A stretch of 64,000 bases of DNA from Rebecca billardiae RCC1528 (taxonomy: Eukaryota; Protista; Haptophyta). This document shows positions 26,201 through 36,212 of this stretch, piece by piece (positions within the stretch are counted from its first letter, which is position 1; each line of letters opens with the position of its first letter). The stretch spans positions 186,001 through 250,000 of the forward strand of contig OZ251246.1 of NCBI GenBank assembly GCA_965240325.2. The letters are read 5' to 3'. Under the pieces are notes generated by a model that saw only the letters and a list, made by a program, of their open reading frames with translations, searched no databases and had not been told where the DNA came from. The translations under genes were made by a program, and so were the position numbers.

Positions 26201-29200
26201 GTGGCGGTGGCGGCTGCGGCGGTGGGCTTGGCGGCGGTGACGGGGGCGGACGCGGCGGCGGCGACGGCGGCAGGCTCGGCGGTGGTGGCGATGGTGGCGG
26301 GCTTGGAGGAGGGCTCGGCGGTGGCGACGGAGGTGGGCTCGGCGGCGGAGACGGCGGCGGGGATGGCGGCGGCGTGGGCGTGCCCACTGCTGGCGGTGGG
26401 CTCGGTGGCGGAGACGGTGGCGGGCTCGGCGGCGGGCTCGGCGGAGGGCTCGGCGGTGGGCTCGGTGGTGGGCTGGGCGGCGAAGCCGGCGGCGGCGACG
26501 GTGGCGGTGTTGGCGGCGGCGACGGTGGCGGCGCCGGCGGCGGTGGCGACGGTGGCGGCGATGGCGGAGGGCTCGGTGGCGGCGAGGGCGGTGGCGACGG
26601 CGGTGGCGACGGCGGTGGCGACGGCGGCGGCGAGGGCGGCGGCGCCGGCGGCGACGGGGGCGGGAACGGATCTGTGCGAGGTGGCGGTGGCGGCTGCGGC
26701 GGTGGGCTTGGCGGAGGCGACGGAGGCGGGCTCGGCGGCGGCGACGGCGGCGGGCTGGGAGGCGGTGGCGACGGCGGCTGGCTCGGCGGCGGGCTCGGCG
26801 GGGGCGACGGAGGTTGGCTCGGCGGCGGCGACGGCGGTGGCGACGGCGGCGGTGATGGAGGCGGCGTCGGCGCACCTGCTGCCGGCGGTGGGCTCGGTGG
26901 CGGAGACGGCGGCGGGCTCGGTGGCGGGCTCGGCGGAGGGCTCGGTGGTGGGCTCGGTGGTGGGCTGGGCGGCGAAGCCGGCGGCGGCGACGGTGGCGGT
27001 GATGGCGGCGGCGACGGTGGCGGTGGCGTCGGTGGCGGCGATGGCGGAGGGCTCGGCGGCGGCGAGGGCGGAGGCGACGGCGGCGAAGACGGCGGCGGCG
27101 ATGGCGGAGGTGACGGTGGCGGTGCTGGCGGCGACGGAGGCGGGAACGGATCCGTGCGCGGCGGCGGCGGCGGCTGTGGTGGCGGGCTCGGCGGCGGTGA
27201 CGGAGGTGGGCTCGGCGGCGGCGACGGCGGTGGCGACGGCGGCGGCGGCGAAGGTGGCGGGCTTGGTGGCGGCGACGGCGGCGGGCTTGGCGGCGGGCTC
27301 GGCGGTGGCGACGGTGGTGGCGACGGCGGCGGAGACGGTTGTTCGTCAGGTGGCGGGCTCGGCGGTGGGCTCGGTGGAGGGCTTGGTGGTGGGCTTGGTG
27401 GAGGCGAAGGCGGAGGCTGTGGCGGCGAAGCCGGCGGCGGCGACGGTGGCGGTGATGGCGGCGGAGACGGTGGCGGAGACGGTGGCGGCAACGGCGCAGG
27501 CGGCGGGCTGGGGGGAGGGCTGGGTGGCGGGCTCGGCGGCGGGCTCGGCGGCGGCGACGGCGGCGGCACCGGAGGCGGCGACGGCGGCGGCGTCGGCGGC
27601 GGCGACGGCGGAGGCGAAGGCGGCGGCGCGGGCGGCGACGGCGGCGGGAACGGCTCGGCGCGCGGCGGTGGCGGCGGCAGCGGCGGTGGGCTTGGTGGCG
27701 GCGACGGTGGCGGGCTGGGAGGCGGGCTCGGCGGGGGGGATGGTGGCGGCGGGCTTGGCGGTGGGCTCGGTGGCGGCCTCGGCGGCGGGCGCGGCGGTGG
27801 GCTTGGCGGCGGGCTCGGCGGCGGAGACGGCGACGACGACGGCGGTGGGCTTGGCGGTGGCCGAGGCGGTGGGCTTGGCGGCGGGCTCGGCGGTGAGCGC
27901 GGCGGCGGTGACGGCGGCGGGCTCGGTGGCGGGCCCGGCGGCGGGCTTGGCGGCGGCGGGCTCGGTGGCGGGCTTGGCGGCGGGCTCGGCGGCGGCGATG
28001 GCGGCGGCGATGGCGGCGGCGCCGGCGGCGGCGACGGCGGCGGAGAGGGCGAGGCCGACGGCGGCGGGCTCGGCGGCGGGCTCGGCGGCGGGACCGGCGG
28101 CGGAGATGGCGGCGGGCTCGGCGGCGGTGGGCTCGGCGGCGGGCTCGGAGGCGGGCTCGGCGGTGGACCGGGTGGTGGAGACGGCGGCGCGCTCGGCGGT
28201 GGGGACGGGGGCGGCGTCGGCTGCGGCGACGGCGGCGGGCTTGGCGGCGGTGAGGGCGGCGGGCTGGGCGGTGGTGACGGCGGCAGGCTTGGCGGCGGGC
28301 TTGGCGGTGGACGCGGTGGTGGGCTCGGCGGCGGGACCGGCGGCGGCGGGCTCGGCGGCGGGCTCGGAGGCGGGCTCGGCGGTGGACCGGGCGGTGGAGA
28401 CGGTGGCGGGCTCGGCGGTGGGGACGGGGGCGGGCTCGGCGGAGCCGACGGCGGCGGAGACGGGGGCGGCGTCGGCTGCGGCGACGGCGGCGGGCTTGGC
28501 GGCGGTGAGGGCGGCGGGCTGGGCGGTGGTAACGGCGGCGGGCTTGGCGGCGGGCTTGGCGGTGGACGCGGTGGTGGGCTCGGCGGCGGGACCGGCGGCG
28601 GCGGGCTCGGCGGCGGGCTCGGAGGCGGGCTCGGCGGTGGACCGGGCGGTGGAGACGGTGGCGGGCTCGGCGGTGGGGACGGGGGCGGGCTCGGCGGAGC
28701 CGACGGCGGCGGAGACGGGGGCGGCGTCGGCTGCGGCGACGGCGGCGGGCTTGGCGGCGGCGAGGGCGGCGGGCTGGGTGGTGGTGACGGCGGCGGGCTC
28801 GGCGGCGGGCTGGGCGGTGGACGCGGTGGCGGGCTCGGTGGCGGGAACGGCGGGGGCGGGCTCGGCGGTGGAGACGGCGGCGGACTCGGCGGCGGTGATG
28901 GCGGCGGGCTGGGTGGCGGGCTTGGCGGTGGGCTCGGCGGCGCGCGCGGCGGTGGGCTCGGCGGCGGCGACGGCGGCGGCGACGGCTGCGGCGGGGGCGG
29001 CGATGGCGGCGGGCTCGGCGGCAGCGACGGCGGCGGGCTCGGCGGCGGCGACGGCGGCGGGCTCGGCGGCGGAGCGGGCGGCGGCGACGGCGGCGGGCTC
29101 GGCGGCGGGCTCGGCGGTGGCGGGCTCGGCGGCGGGCTCGGCGGCGGGCTCGGCGGCGGGGAGGGCGGCGGGCTCGGCGGCGGAGTGGGCGGCGGGATGG

Positions 29201-32200
29201 GCGGTGGGCTCGGTGGCAGGCTCGGCGGCGGGCTCGGCGGCGGCGACGGCGGCGGCGACGGTTGCGGCGGGGGCGGCGAGGGCGGCGGGCTCGGCGGCGG
29301 AGATGGCGGCGGGCGCGGCGGCGGGGACGGTGGCGGGCTCGGTGGCGGGCTGGGTGGCGGCGACGGCGGCGGCGACGGCGGAGGGCTCGGCGGCGGCGGC
29401 GAGGGCGGCGGGCTGGGTGGCGGGCTCGGCGGCGGCGACGGCGGCGCGCTCGGCGGCGGGCTCGGCGGCGGGCTCGGCGGCGGGCTCGGCGGCGGGCTCG
29501 GCGGCGGGCTCGGCGGCGGGCTCGGCGGCGGGCTCGGCGGCGGGCTCGGCGGCGGCGACGGCGGCGGCGACGGCTGCGGCGGGGGCGGCGAAGGCGGCGG
29601 GCTCGGCGGCGGGCTCGGCGGCGGACTCGGCGGGGGCGACGGCGGCGGGGCCGGCGGCGGGCTCGGCGGCGGCGACGGCGGCGGGCTCGGCGGTGGGCTC
29701 GGCGGCGGCGGGCTTGGCGGCGGGCTCGGCGGCGGGCTCGGCGGCGGCGACGGCGGCGGCGACGGCGGCGGCGCGGGCGGCGGGCTCGGCGGCGGCGACG
29801 GCGGCGGGCTCGGCGGCGGGCTCGGCGGCGGCGACGGCGGCGGCGACGGCTGCGGCGGGGGCGGCGACGGCGGCGGGCTCGGCGGCGGCGAAGGCGGCGG
29901 GCTCGGCGGCGGCGACGGCGGCGGGCTCGGCGGCGGCGACGGCGGCGGCGACGGCGGCGGTGACGGCGGCGGGCTCGGCGGGGGCGGGCTCGGCGGCGGG
30001 CTCGGCGGCGGCGACGGCGGCGGGCTCGGCGGCGGTGAGGGCGGCGGGCGCGGCGGCGGGCTCGGCGGCGGGCTCGGCGGCGGCGACGGCGGCGGCGGGC
30101 TCGGCGGCGGGCTCGGCGGTGGCGACGGCGGCGGCGACAGCGGCGGCGAAGGTGGTGGCGACGGCGGCGCAGCCGGGGGCAAGGAGGGCGGCGGCGGCGA
30201 CGGCGGCGGGGACGGCGGCGGGGAGGGCGGTGGGCTGGGCGGCGGCGACGGCGGCGGCGGCGACGGCGGCGGGCTCGGCGGCGGGCTCGGCGGCGGGCGC
30301 GGCGGCGGCGACGGCGGCGGGCTGGGCGGCGGGCTCGGCGGCGGGCGCGGCGGCGGCGACGGCGGCGGGCTCGGCGGAGGCGACGGCGGCGGCGGGCTCG
30401 GCGGCGGCGACGGCGGCGGGCGCGGCGGCGGCGACGGCGGCGGGCGCGGCGGCGGCGACGGCGGCGGCGACGGCGGCGACGGCGGCGGGCTCGGCGGCGG
30501 CGACGGCGGCGGGCTCGGCGGCGGCGACGGCGGCGGGCTCGGCGGCGGCGACGGCGGCGGGCTCGGCGGCGGCGGGCTCGGCGGCGGCGACGGCGGCGGC
30601 GACGGCGGCGGCGACGGCGGCGGGCTCGGCGGCGGCGGGCTCGGCGGCGGGCTCGGCGGCGGGAACGGCGGCGGCGGCGACTCGAGCACGTCCGCGCAGC
30701 AGCGCACGTAGATCCCGCCCGCCGATCCCTCGAACCGGCACTTGTTCGGCTCCGCGTCGTCGTCGTCCCAGGTCTCGTAGCCCTGCGGCAGCGCGAGGCG
30801 CGCGGCGGCGCGGCGCAGCGTGGCGGTTGCGCAGGCACGCGCACGCGCGGCGTCACGCGGCGCGCGGGCGCGCGCGCCTCGCGCTGGCCGCTCGGGCGCT
30901 CGCTCGCTCGCGGGCGGGCGGCGGGGCGGCGCGCGCGCGCGCGCACCTGGTCGCCCTCAGGCTCGCAGTTTGTCCCGGCGCAGTCGCAGCGGTCGGACGC
31001 CCAGACGCGGAGGTTGTCGTACGAGCAGCCCGAGCCCTGCGCGACGCCAAAGCGCAGCTCGTCGAGGGTGCACAGCCGCGCGCCGATGGTCTCGCAGAAG
31101 TCGAAGGCGCCGCCCGTGCCGATCGCCGCGCGCGTGCCCGAGCACGCCGACGGCGAGCCGTAGTAGATGCCCACGTCAGTACGCGCGCACACCAGCGGGT
31201 GGCTTGTGCTGTTGCCAAAGGTCCACGCGGCCTCGGTCGTGACGCCGAGCTCGGCGCACGAGCGGTTGGAGCGGACGATGGGCGGCGAGGGCGGGGTGGG
31301 CGGCGGCGGCGCGGGCGGCGGGCTGGGCGGCGGCGAGGGCGGCGGCGCAGGCGGCGGGCTCGGCGGCGGCGTCGGCGGCGGCGTCGGCGGCGGCGGGCTC
31401 GGCGGCGGCGACGGCGGCGCGGGCGGCGGCGTCGGCACGACGCGCGGCGGCGGCGGCGGGCTCGGCGGCGGCGCGGGCGGCGGCGGCGACGGCGGCGGCG
31501 CTGGCGGCGCCCCGGGCGGCGGGCTCGGCGGCGGGCTCGGCGGCAGCGCAGGCGGCGGGCTCGGCGGCGGGAACGGCGGCGGCGGCGACTCGAGCACGTC
31601 CGCGCAGCAGCGCACGTAGATCCCGCCCGAAGATCCCTCGAACCGGCACTTGTTCGGCTCCGCGTCGTCGTCGTCCCAAGTCTCGTAGCCCTGGTGGCGC
31701 GGCGACGCGGCGGCGCGGGCGCGCGGGCGCGCGCGGGCTCAGCGGCGGCGTGGGCGCGCGCGCAGATCGGCGGCGTCCGCGCGCTCGCGCGCGGCCGCGC
31801 GCGCGGAGCTGCGCGCGCGCGCGCGCACCTGGTCGCCCTCAGGCTCGCAGTTTGTCCCGGCGCAGTCGCAGCGGTCGGACGCCCAGACGCGGAGGTTGTC
31901 GTACGAGCAGCCCGAGCCCTGCGCGACGCCAAAGCGCAGCTCCTGCAGCGTGCACAGCCGCGCGCCGATGGTCTCGCAGAAGTCGAATGCGCCGCCCGTG
32001 CCGATCGCCGCGCGCGTGCCCGAGCACGGGTCGGGCGAGCCAAAGTACGTGCCCACGTCAGTACGCGCACACACCAGTGGGAAGCCGGAGGCGTTGCCGA
32101 AAGACCACGCGGCCTCGGTGGTGACGGCGAGCTCGGCGCACGAGCGGTTGGACTTGACGACGGGGGCGAGCGGCGGGCTGGGCGGCGGGCTGGGCGGCGG

Positions 32201-33272
32201 CGCGGGCGGCGGCGGGCTCGGCGGCGGCGACGGCGGCGGGCTCGGCGGCGGGCTCGGCGGCGGCGACGGCGGCGGGCGTGGCGGCGGCGACGGCGGCGAT
32301 GCCGGCGCGGGCGGCGGCGGCGGAGACTCGAGCACGTCTGCGCAGCACCGCACGTAGATCCCACCCGACGCGCCCTCGAAGCGGCACTTGTTCGGCTCGG
32401 CGTCGTCGTCGTCCCAGGTCTCGTAGCCCTGCGGCGGCGCGCGCGCGGCGGCAGGGGCGCGCGGCGCGCGGCGCGGCGGCGGAGCGACGCGACGCGGTCG
32501 GCCGGCCGGCGCGGGCGCGCGGGGCGCGGGGCACGTGCGGCCGGTCACGCGCGCGCGGCGAGGGCGCGCGCGCGCGCGCGGCAGCAGCAAGGGCGGGCGG
32601 CACGACGCCGCCGCCGCGCCGACGCACCTGGTCGCCCGGATCCGAGCAGCTCGCGCCGGCGCAGTCGCAGCGGTCGGACGCCCAGACGCGGAGGTTGTCG
32701 TATTCGTTGCAGCCCGAGCCCTGCGCGATGCCGTCGCGCAGCTCCTGCAGCGTGCACAGCCGCGCGCCGATGGCCTCGCAGAAGTCGAACGCGCCGCCCG
32801 TGCCGATGGCCGGGCGCGTCCCCGAGCACTCGGACGGCGCGCCGTAGTAGATGCCCACGTCGGTGCGCGCGCACACCAGCGGGTAGCTCGAGTTGCCAAA
32901 CGACCACGCCGACTCGGTCGAGACGGCGAGCTCGGCGCAGGACTTGTTGGAGATCGCGTGCGCCGTGGGCGAGGCGAGCAGCGCGAGGAGGAGCGTCAGC
33001 GCGTGCGCCGGCCCGGAGCCGCCGCTCGCCGTGCGCACGGCAGTCGTCGGGCGCGGTGCGGCGCGGTCGGCGGCAGCGGCCTGGCCGTGCGCTGCGTCGT
33101 CAGCGCGCGACCCGTGCTCGCACGAGTCGCGCATCTTGCGGGGCCCAGCGGGACGGGCCCTCGGAGGTGATGTCGCGGGGCTGGCCGCGCGCGAGCGCGC
33201 CGGCCAAAGCGGCGACGTGGGCGGCGACGCGCCGCACGCCGCGTGGGCGGCGTGCTTGCGCAGGCGCCCCAT
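1..33272 (-). CDS. Giant secreted/surface proline-rich protein (>=10,900 aa, 3' end outside window): 3 Cys-rich modules, Ser-Pro3 rod, TMEM132-like cohesin/Ig block, cohesin, dockerin, second Ser-Pro3 rod
   Basis: Exons 33272-32628 (alternative ATG 33134), 32428-31829, 31690-30947 and 30782-<1, joined by three phase-0 GT..AG introns; the first three exon lengths are multiples of 3. I found no stop in the last exon (codons at 3k..3k+2): the repeat arrays were checked through their antisense codons and most of 14.2-18.4 kb was hand-translated. Hydrophobic ALTLLLALLASPTAHA precedes the first module. Confidence 0.88.
14640..14820 (-). other. Dockerin-like module (duplicated Ca-binding loop-helix) within the giant protein
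   Basis: Reads GDVNGDCALTSFDVRVLSQFVIG...LDPTLDNSTGAQDVQYLLRAVAGKYRF, matching the GDxNxDxxxxxxD / DxxxDxxxxxxD dockerin pattern. Confidence 0.7.
14960..15345 (-). other. Second cohesin-like domain within the giant protein
   Basis: Reads DVDLGSASGLQFQQSGNSLTVPVRVNTGGGSEYLVNFQIELAIDSAVL, resembling the cohesin TVPV.v....l..fq..l.yD..vL pattern. Confidence 0.6.
15350..18390 (-). other. TMEM132-like ectodomain block (cohesin-like domain followed by Ig-like beta-sandwiches)
   Basis: Motifs appear in TMEM132 order: PVFAGDSFDLVMYAHTGGVALITWQINIAYNSSVL, GWLAYVASGELVNTAPLSG, VPLRVWHPLSAEI, C...FQSTTASLVASF...NVDVT. Composition is S/T/V/A/G-rich and beta-like. Confidence 0.7.
18390..30680 (-). repeat. 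Coding tandem array 2 (~4,100 aa of Ser-Pro3): 13 RTDPF-marked units of 480-636 bp plus an irregular SPPP region (27700-30680)
   Basis: GGATC markers at 19936, 20572, 21196, 21820, 22456, 23092, 23692, 24328, 24952, 25564, 26188, 26668, 27148. All spacings are multiples of 12 bp. Confidence 0.93.
30687..32950 (-). repeat. Three copies of a ~140-aa, 12-Cys module (C-type-lectin/Link-fold-like) separated by short Pro linkers
   Basis: Each copy reads SN(K/R)SCAEL..PLVCARTDVG..CSGTR..AFDFCE.IGARLCTL.EL..GSGC.YDNLRVWASDRCDCAG..C...GDQ|GYETWDDDDAEPNKCRFEG..GGIYVRCCADV. Confidence 0.85.
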
Positions 33273-33776
33273 CGTTAGCTTGGCAGTGGCACCCGCCTGC
33301 CGCAACTCTCTCACCTGCCGCGCTCGTTGCTGGTGCGCTGCGCACTGGACACTTGTGCGCGCCGCCGCCAAGAGCGCGAGCTCGGAACGGCGAGATCGCG
33401 TATTCGCGACTGGATGATAGGGCATCCATGGGAACATAGGGGGCGGCACTATAATACGGCAGATGAGCCGGGTACTCTTCGCAATATCAAATCCGCTCGT
33501 TGTTCGGAAGAATGAGGCCAGCGTGTATGATTCCGTAGGCCAGATTTGGCACATCCGTTACATTCAACAGCTCAGCATCCAATTATTGTCGAGTCAAACG
33601 GTCGCGAAAAAAAAACAATAAATCTTCGGCGAAAACCCACCGCACTTGTAACGTCACGTCAGCGTGGCGGCCACAAAAGCCACCCCCTCCCTCACGCGCG
33701 CGGCGGCCGCGAGCGAGGGCGCCAGATCGGGAGCGATCGAGCGGGCGCGTACGTCGGCAGCGCGCCTGTAGACGCG

Positions 33777-35740
33777 ATGGCATCCTCGTCGCTTAGTGAG
33801 CTGGTGCGCGCGCGCGCGCGCGCACGACAACGCGCGCGGCGCGCAGCGCGCGGCACGCGCGTGCTCGCGCTCGCGGCCGACGCGGGAGGCAACTTGCACG
33901 GCGCGCGCGCGCGCAGGCGGACGCGGCGCGGTACGACGACTACAGCGCGATCTTCTCGCTGCTTGACCGCGAGCGCGCGGGCTACATCGACTCGGCCGAG
34001 ATGGTCGCCGTGCTGCACTCCTCCGGCCGCACGGAGCGCGAGGCCGCGGACGTTGTCGCCGACGCGGACGCGTCTGGCGACGGCCACTTCTCCTTCGAGC
34101 CGTTCGTCTCGCTGATCGAGCGCTCGCTGGAGAAGACGACGGTGAAGCTCGCGCAGCGCCAGGGCGCGCCCCCGCCCGGCGGCGAGGTCAGCGTGCCCCG
34201 CCACTACGTCGTCGTCACCTTCCTCTCGATTCTGAACGACTACCGCAAGCGGCGCGAGGACGCCGGCGACTACCTGACGGCGGCGGCTGTGAAGGAGGTG
34301 TACGCGGCGATGCAGATCCAGGAGGAGGCGCGGCTGCACGAGGCGGTGCGTGCACGCCCGCGCGCGCGCCTCCTCGCGCGCTCGGCACGCCGCGCGCTTC
34401 ACGCGGCACGCACCCCCGCTGCCCCGCTGCCCCTCTGCGCGTGCGGCCACGGCGGTCTCCCCGCTGCCCCTCTGCGCGTGCGGCCACGGCGGTCTCCCCG
34501 CTGCCCCTCTGCGCGTGCGGCCACGGCGGTCTCCCCGCTGCCCCTCTGCGCGTGCGGCCACGGCGGTCTCCCCGCTGCCCCTCTGCGCGTGCGGCCACGG
34601 CGGTCTCCCCGCTGCCCCTCTGCGCGTGCGGCCGCGACGGTCTGCGCAGGTGGCCGCGCGCCAGGAGGCGGAGCGCTCGGGCGTGGAGGAGGCGCACATG
34701 ATGGAGGCGATGGAGTTCAACACCGCGTGGTCGCGCAACATGGAGGACTTCGAGCGGCAGGCGCTCGACATCGAGGAGCAGACGCGGCAGAGGCACACGA
34801 TCGAATTTGCTGCGTTCCAGGAGGAAATTCGCCTCAAAGCGCCGATGCGGCAGAAATGGTCCCGCGAGCTGCTCAACCTGCGGAAGGTGCAGGAGACGCT
34901 GGCGAAGCAGGGCAAGTACGCGGAGGCGCAGGTGCGTGCGGCCGCCCGACGCACCCGAGCACCGCGCACGCCGGCGCACGCGGCGCGCCAGACTCTGCGC
35001 TGACCGCGCGCCCGCGCGCTCGCTGACCGGCGCCCGCGCGCCGCCGCGCGCCCGCCCGGCCGTGTGCTGCGCGCTCAGGCGACCAAGCTGAAGGGAGACC
35101 AGCTGGAGCAGTGGGAGAAGGCGAAGATTGAGAACGAGCTGCAGGTGGTGTACGCCACGAAGGAGCTGCAGATGAAGCGCGCGCAGGCACGCGAGCTCGA
35201 GGCGCTGCAGAAGCGCATCCAGCGCGGTCGCGACGAGCACAAGGTGCGACGCGGCCGCGCGGCGCGCGGCGCGCGCGATCGTCTGTCTGGCGGGACGCGC
35301 GCGCCGGAGCTCCGGCGGGATGGGAAGGGCAGCGCGCGCGGGGGATGCCAGCTGGCCGAACATGCTGCGTACATCCCCGCGGCGGCTGGCTGGGGGTGCA
35401 TACGAGCAGGTGGGCCGATCCGGCCGGGCGGCGGTGTTCCTGCCAGCCGCCTTGGCAACTCACCTCACCCGCCTCGCATGCGCGCTCCCGCGGCCGCCGC
35501 ACGCGCGCGCGCGTGCGCGCGCAGGAGCACTGGCTCAACGGCGCGCAGCGGCTGATGCAGTCGCACCGAAACATGCTCTCCGACCTCAAGACGAAGCAGT
35601 CGATCGAGAGCGGCAAGGTGAGCCAACAGGTGAAGGCGGAGCTCTCGCCCGCGGTGGTCAAGCCGCACCGGCCACCGTCCAAGGTGCCCGGCAAGCTCAA
35701 CACCCGCGATGCATCGTCCATGTCCTACAAGTCGCACTGA
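33777..35740 (+). CDS. EF-hand pair plus long coiled-coil protein (uncharacterised, possibly cytoskeletal/ciliary)
   Basis: Exons 33777-33803, 33917-34345, 34650-34931, 35079-35243, 35525-35740 with in-frame GT..AG joins. EF loops DRERAGYIDSAE and DASGDGHFSFEP; helical tail with KWSRELLNLRKVQETLAKQGKYAEA. Confidence 0.8.
34422..34643 (+). repeat. 37-bp minisatellite, ~6 copies, inside intron 2
   Basis: CCCCGCTGCCCCTCTGCGCGTGCGGCCACGGCGGTCT at 34422, 34459, 34496, 34533, 34570 and a degenerate copy at 34607. Confidence 0.95.
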
Positions 35741-36212
35741 TAGGACAGGTCGTGATGAAGATTACGATATGATGACGCCGACATCATCTGTCGTGATGCG
35801 GATGCCGCCATCAGTCGTCGCGCCGCGTATATACTTAGAGGGCGGGTCTCAACATTAATTAATAATAACGCTCAATTTATAGAGCTAGACAATAATAATT
35901 AATAATAAACGGCTCGGTCGTGATATATGCTATAGTGTATACTGCTGCTGAGTTATCGGTATAGCATACAGCAGTAGTCGATCATCACACTCACGACAGG
36001 CGGCGTGATATCACGTGATGACATCACGTGACGACCGGCCATCGATCATCCGCGGATCGAGTCTCAGTAGTGTACTGAGCAGTAGTTTGATGCGGGCTGC
36101 GGCCACGACTGGACTGTAGTGGCGGACAGGCATGTGAGCACTCTATTCGGCTGATTGACAACGCAGGACAACGCTGGATGCCATGCGAGCCGGATTCTTG
36201 GCGTTGCTCATA

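Noticed and set aside
18436-33439. 4091-aa Gly, 4632-aa Ala and 4224-aa Arg-rich ORFs
   Set aside because: Alternative frames of the same stop-poor repeat. The 18941..31615 ORF is correct only within exon 3 and then reads through an intron out of frame.
34422-34643. 37-bp repeats of CRISPR-like length
   Set aside because: Directly abutting copies with no spacers, inside an intron.
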